Below are positions 62,284 to 64,000 of a stretch of 64,000 nt of DNA, piece by piece. Every line of letters starts with the position of its first letter. Position 1 is the stretch's first letter. The notes under the pieces were generated by a model. That model was not told where the DNA came from and did not search any database. It was given only the letters and a program-made list of their open reading frames with translations. This DNA comes from Callorhinchus milii (Eukaryota). The stretch covers positions 100,566,001-100,630,000 of the forward strand of contig NW_024704742.1 in NCBI RefSeq assembly GCF_018977255.1, in the 5' to 3' direction. Both the position numbers and the translations under genes were made by a program.

Positions 62284-64000
62284 CTGAAATGCAAAATAGC
62301 ATTATCAGCAAGTTTTAACCATTAACTACAGTAATGCAAACTTGCTTAACCATCAGAAAAAGAAAAAACAAAATCACCACAGCAATGCAGACTTCACTAA
62401 AACAGACAATCTTTCATCAAACAAAATCTGGAACATGCAAAAGGAAGTCAGCTAAGGGACAGTTGTTTCCTTATTATTTACTGGGAAAAATAACAATGGA
62501 CAAAGGAAGCACTGTAATTAATAATTTTGCTGTTCACATAATACAATGTTTTAACACCCCTTGCAACATATATATATATATATATATAGTCTTTTTAGTC
62601 ACTCCAACGTATTTGCAGACAAATTAAAATAGCAGAACAATGTTCTGCAATTAAAATGACAGCCAAGCTAGCAACACTGCTTAGGAATACTCCACTATAG
62701 TTCATAGAAACTATCATAAATGGAGGTCATGAAACCCATCATGTCTGTGCCCTACTGAAACTAATCTTCCGATTACCATATTCTTTATTCCTTAATCCTA
62801 ACCCTATTCTTCAGAAGACAAGTTGCGTTGCTCATAACAGCAAAGCAACAGAGAAAGAAGCCTATCCACCCAATGTGTACATTTTGTGCACTTTAAAACC
62901 AATTCATCGGACGGAGCATGTTGACATGTGTAGAATGTCAGAAGATTTTAAAAAATACAGTTAAATTGAAAGGCAGTCACACAACTGGCTCTTTAATAAA
63001 AGCATTTGTTTAAGGTTAACAATTAATAGCAACCAACTTATAATGCGCAGGCATGAATCACATCTCCTGAAACCACCTTTCTAAAGCAGAGCTCCAGTGC
63101 GACTCACAATGTCAGCAACCTCCCCCCCTTACAAGGAATATTTGGCACTGAATCACCAAACACGCTATATAATGCAGAATTATTCCTCCATGGATTGCAC
63201 AGGTACAGAAAAGACCATTGTGGTATATCTGACCTAACATTTAAAAAACAATCCTGTAGCACTTGGATGACTTTTAAATCAATTTCACCAAATAGCAATC
63301 TAATTCCCTTGAATTTGCTAACAATCTGACTACCAATGTCCTCCAGTCTATTCCACATATTCAATCATCAAGTATTAATCTACCTCCACTTACATACTCA
63401 AGTGCCAGTTTTGCTTAACATATTCAACTTACTAATAACCAAACTGAAAACTAACTTTGGAATGGGTAAGTAGCATTGAGAAAACATCTACTCACACCTC
63501 AAATGTCTACATTTTATTAGAGTTTACTGAAAGTCTGGAGATGAAAATCTTCACAGCAGACCACTGATTACTTGTTATGGGTTTCAGCAACTGCTGCAAA
63601 TCATTTCTCTTACTTATTAATCCTGTTTCATTCCATAAATGGCTTGCATATATAAATATATATAATATACATATATATATATCCATATATACACATATTA
63701 TATAAACAGGTTAAGATGAAAACTATTCTGAGGCAAGACAGTAAACTTACCGTTCTGCACACAACAGTATGTGACCCTATACACTGGAAAGAAGCAAAGG
63801 TAAGCTTGGTTAATCTATTCAAACATCACAAATAGTTTCTTTCCATTCTGTCCTTCCCACACTACACAGGAAAAATGTCTCAGAAGCATACAATCTTCAA
63901 TGTACTTTGAACATAGCTTTCACTAGTCAAACATGTGATCCTTGTCCAAACAATCAGGTCAAAAATGCTTATATAGTTTGTTTCAGTACTGAAGTTACAA

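Noticed and set aside
62284..64000. SNX2 exon 1 and promoter
   Set aside because: No CpG-rich segment or MAAERE-like coding sequence; it lies beyond the window

Overview
Vertebrate genomic DNA, AT-rich and repeat-dense. The repeat content suggests a cartilaginous fish, probably a chimaera such as Callorhinchus milii; this is an inference from the SINE families and was not checked against a database. Two sorting-nexin genes lie in tandem on the minus strand. SNX2 coding exons 2-15 run from 62283 down to the stop at 36997, giving 1446 nt in one frame with all GT-AG introns; exon 1 lies beyond the right end and the poly(A) signal is at 36542-36547. Downstream is the first coding exon of SNX24 (26093-26022), and everything left of 26022 appears to be SNX24 intron. 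The rest is L2 and CR1 LINE fragments, about 10 near-complete tRNA-Ala-like SINEs with L2-type tails, older DeuSINE-like copies, MITE-like inverted repeats and minisatellites. The most unusual structure is the SNX24 5' region. There the ATG exon is preceded by a UG-tract splice acceptor, then by about 58-60 tandem 28-bp units each carrying G|GTGAGT on the sense strand, then a small unique island with a CLEAR/E-box motif, then a G-quadruplex-type minisatellite. No prokaryote-type systems (CRISPR etc.) are present. The long ORFs in the track over the repeats are artefacts.
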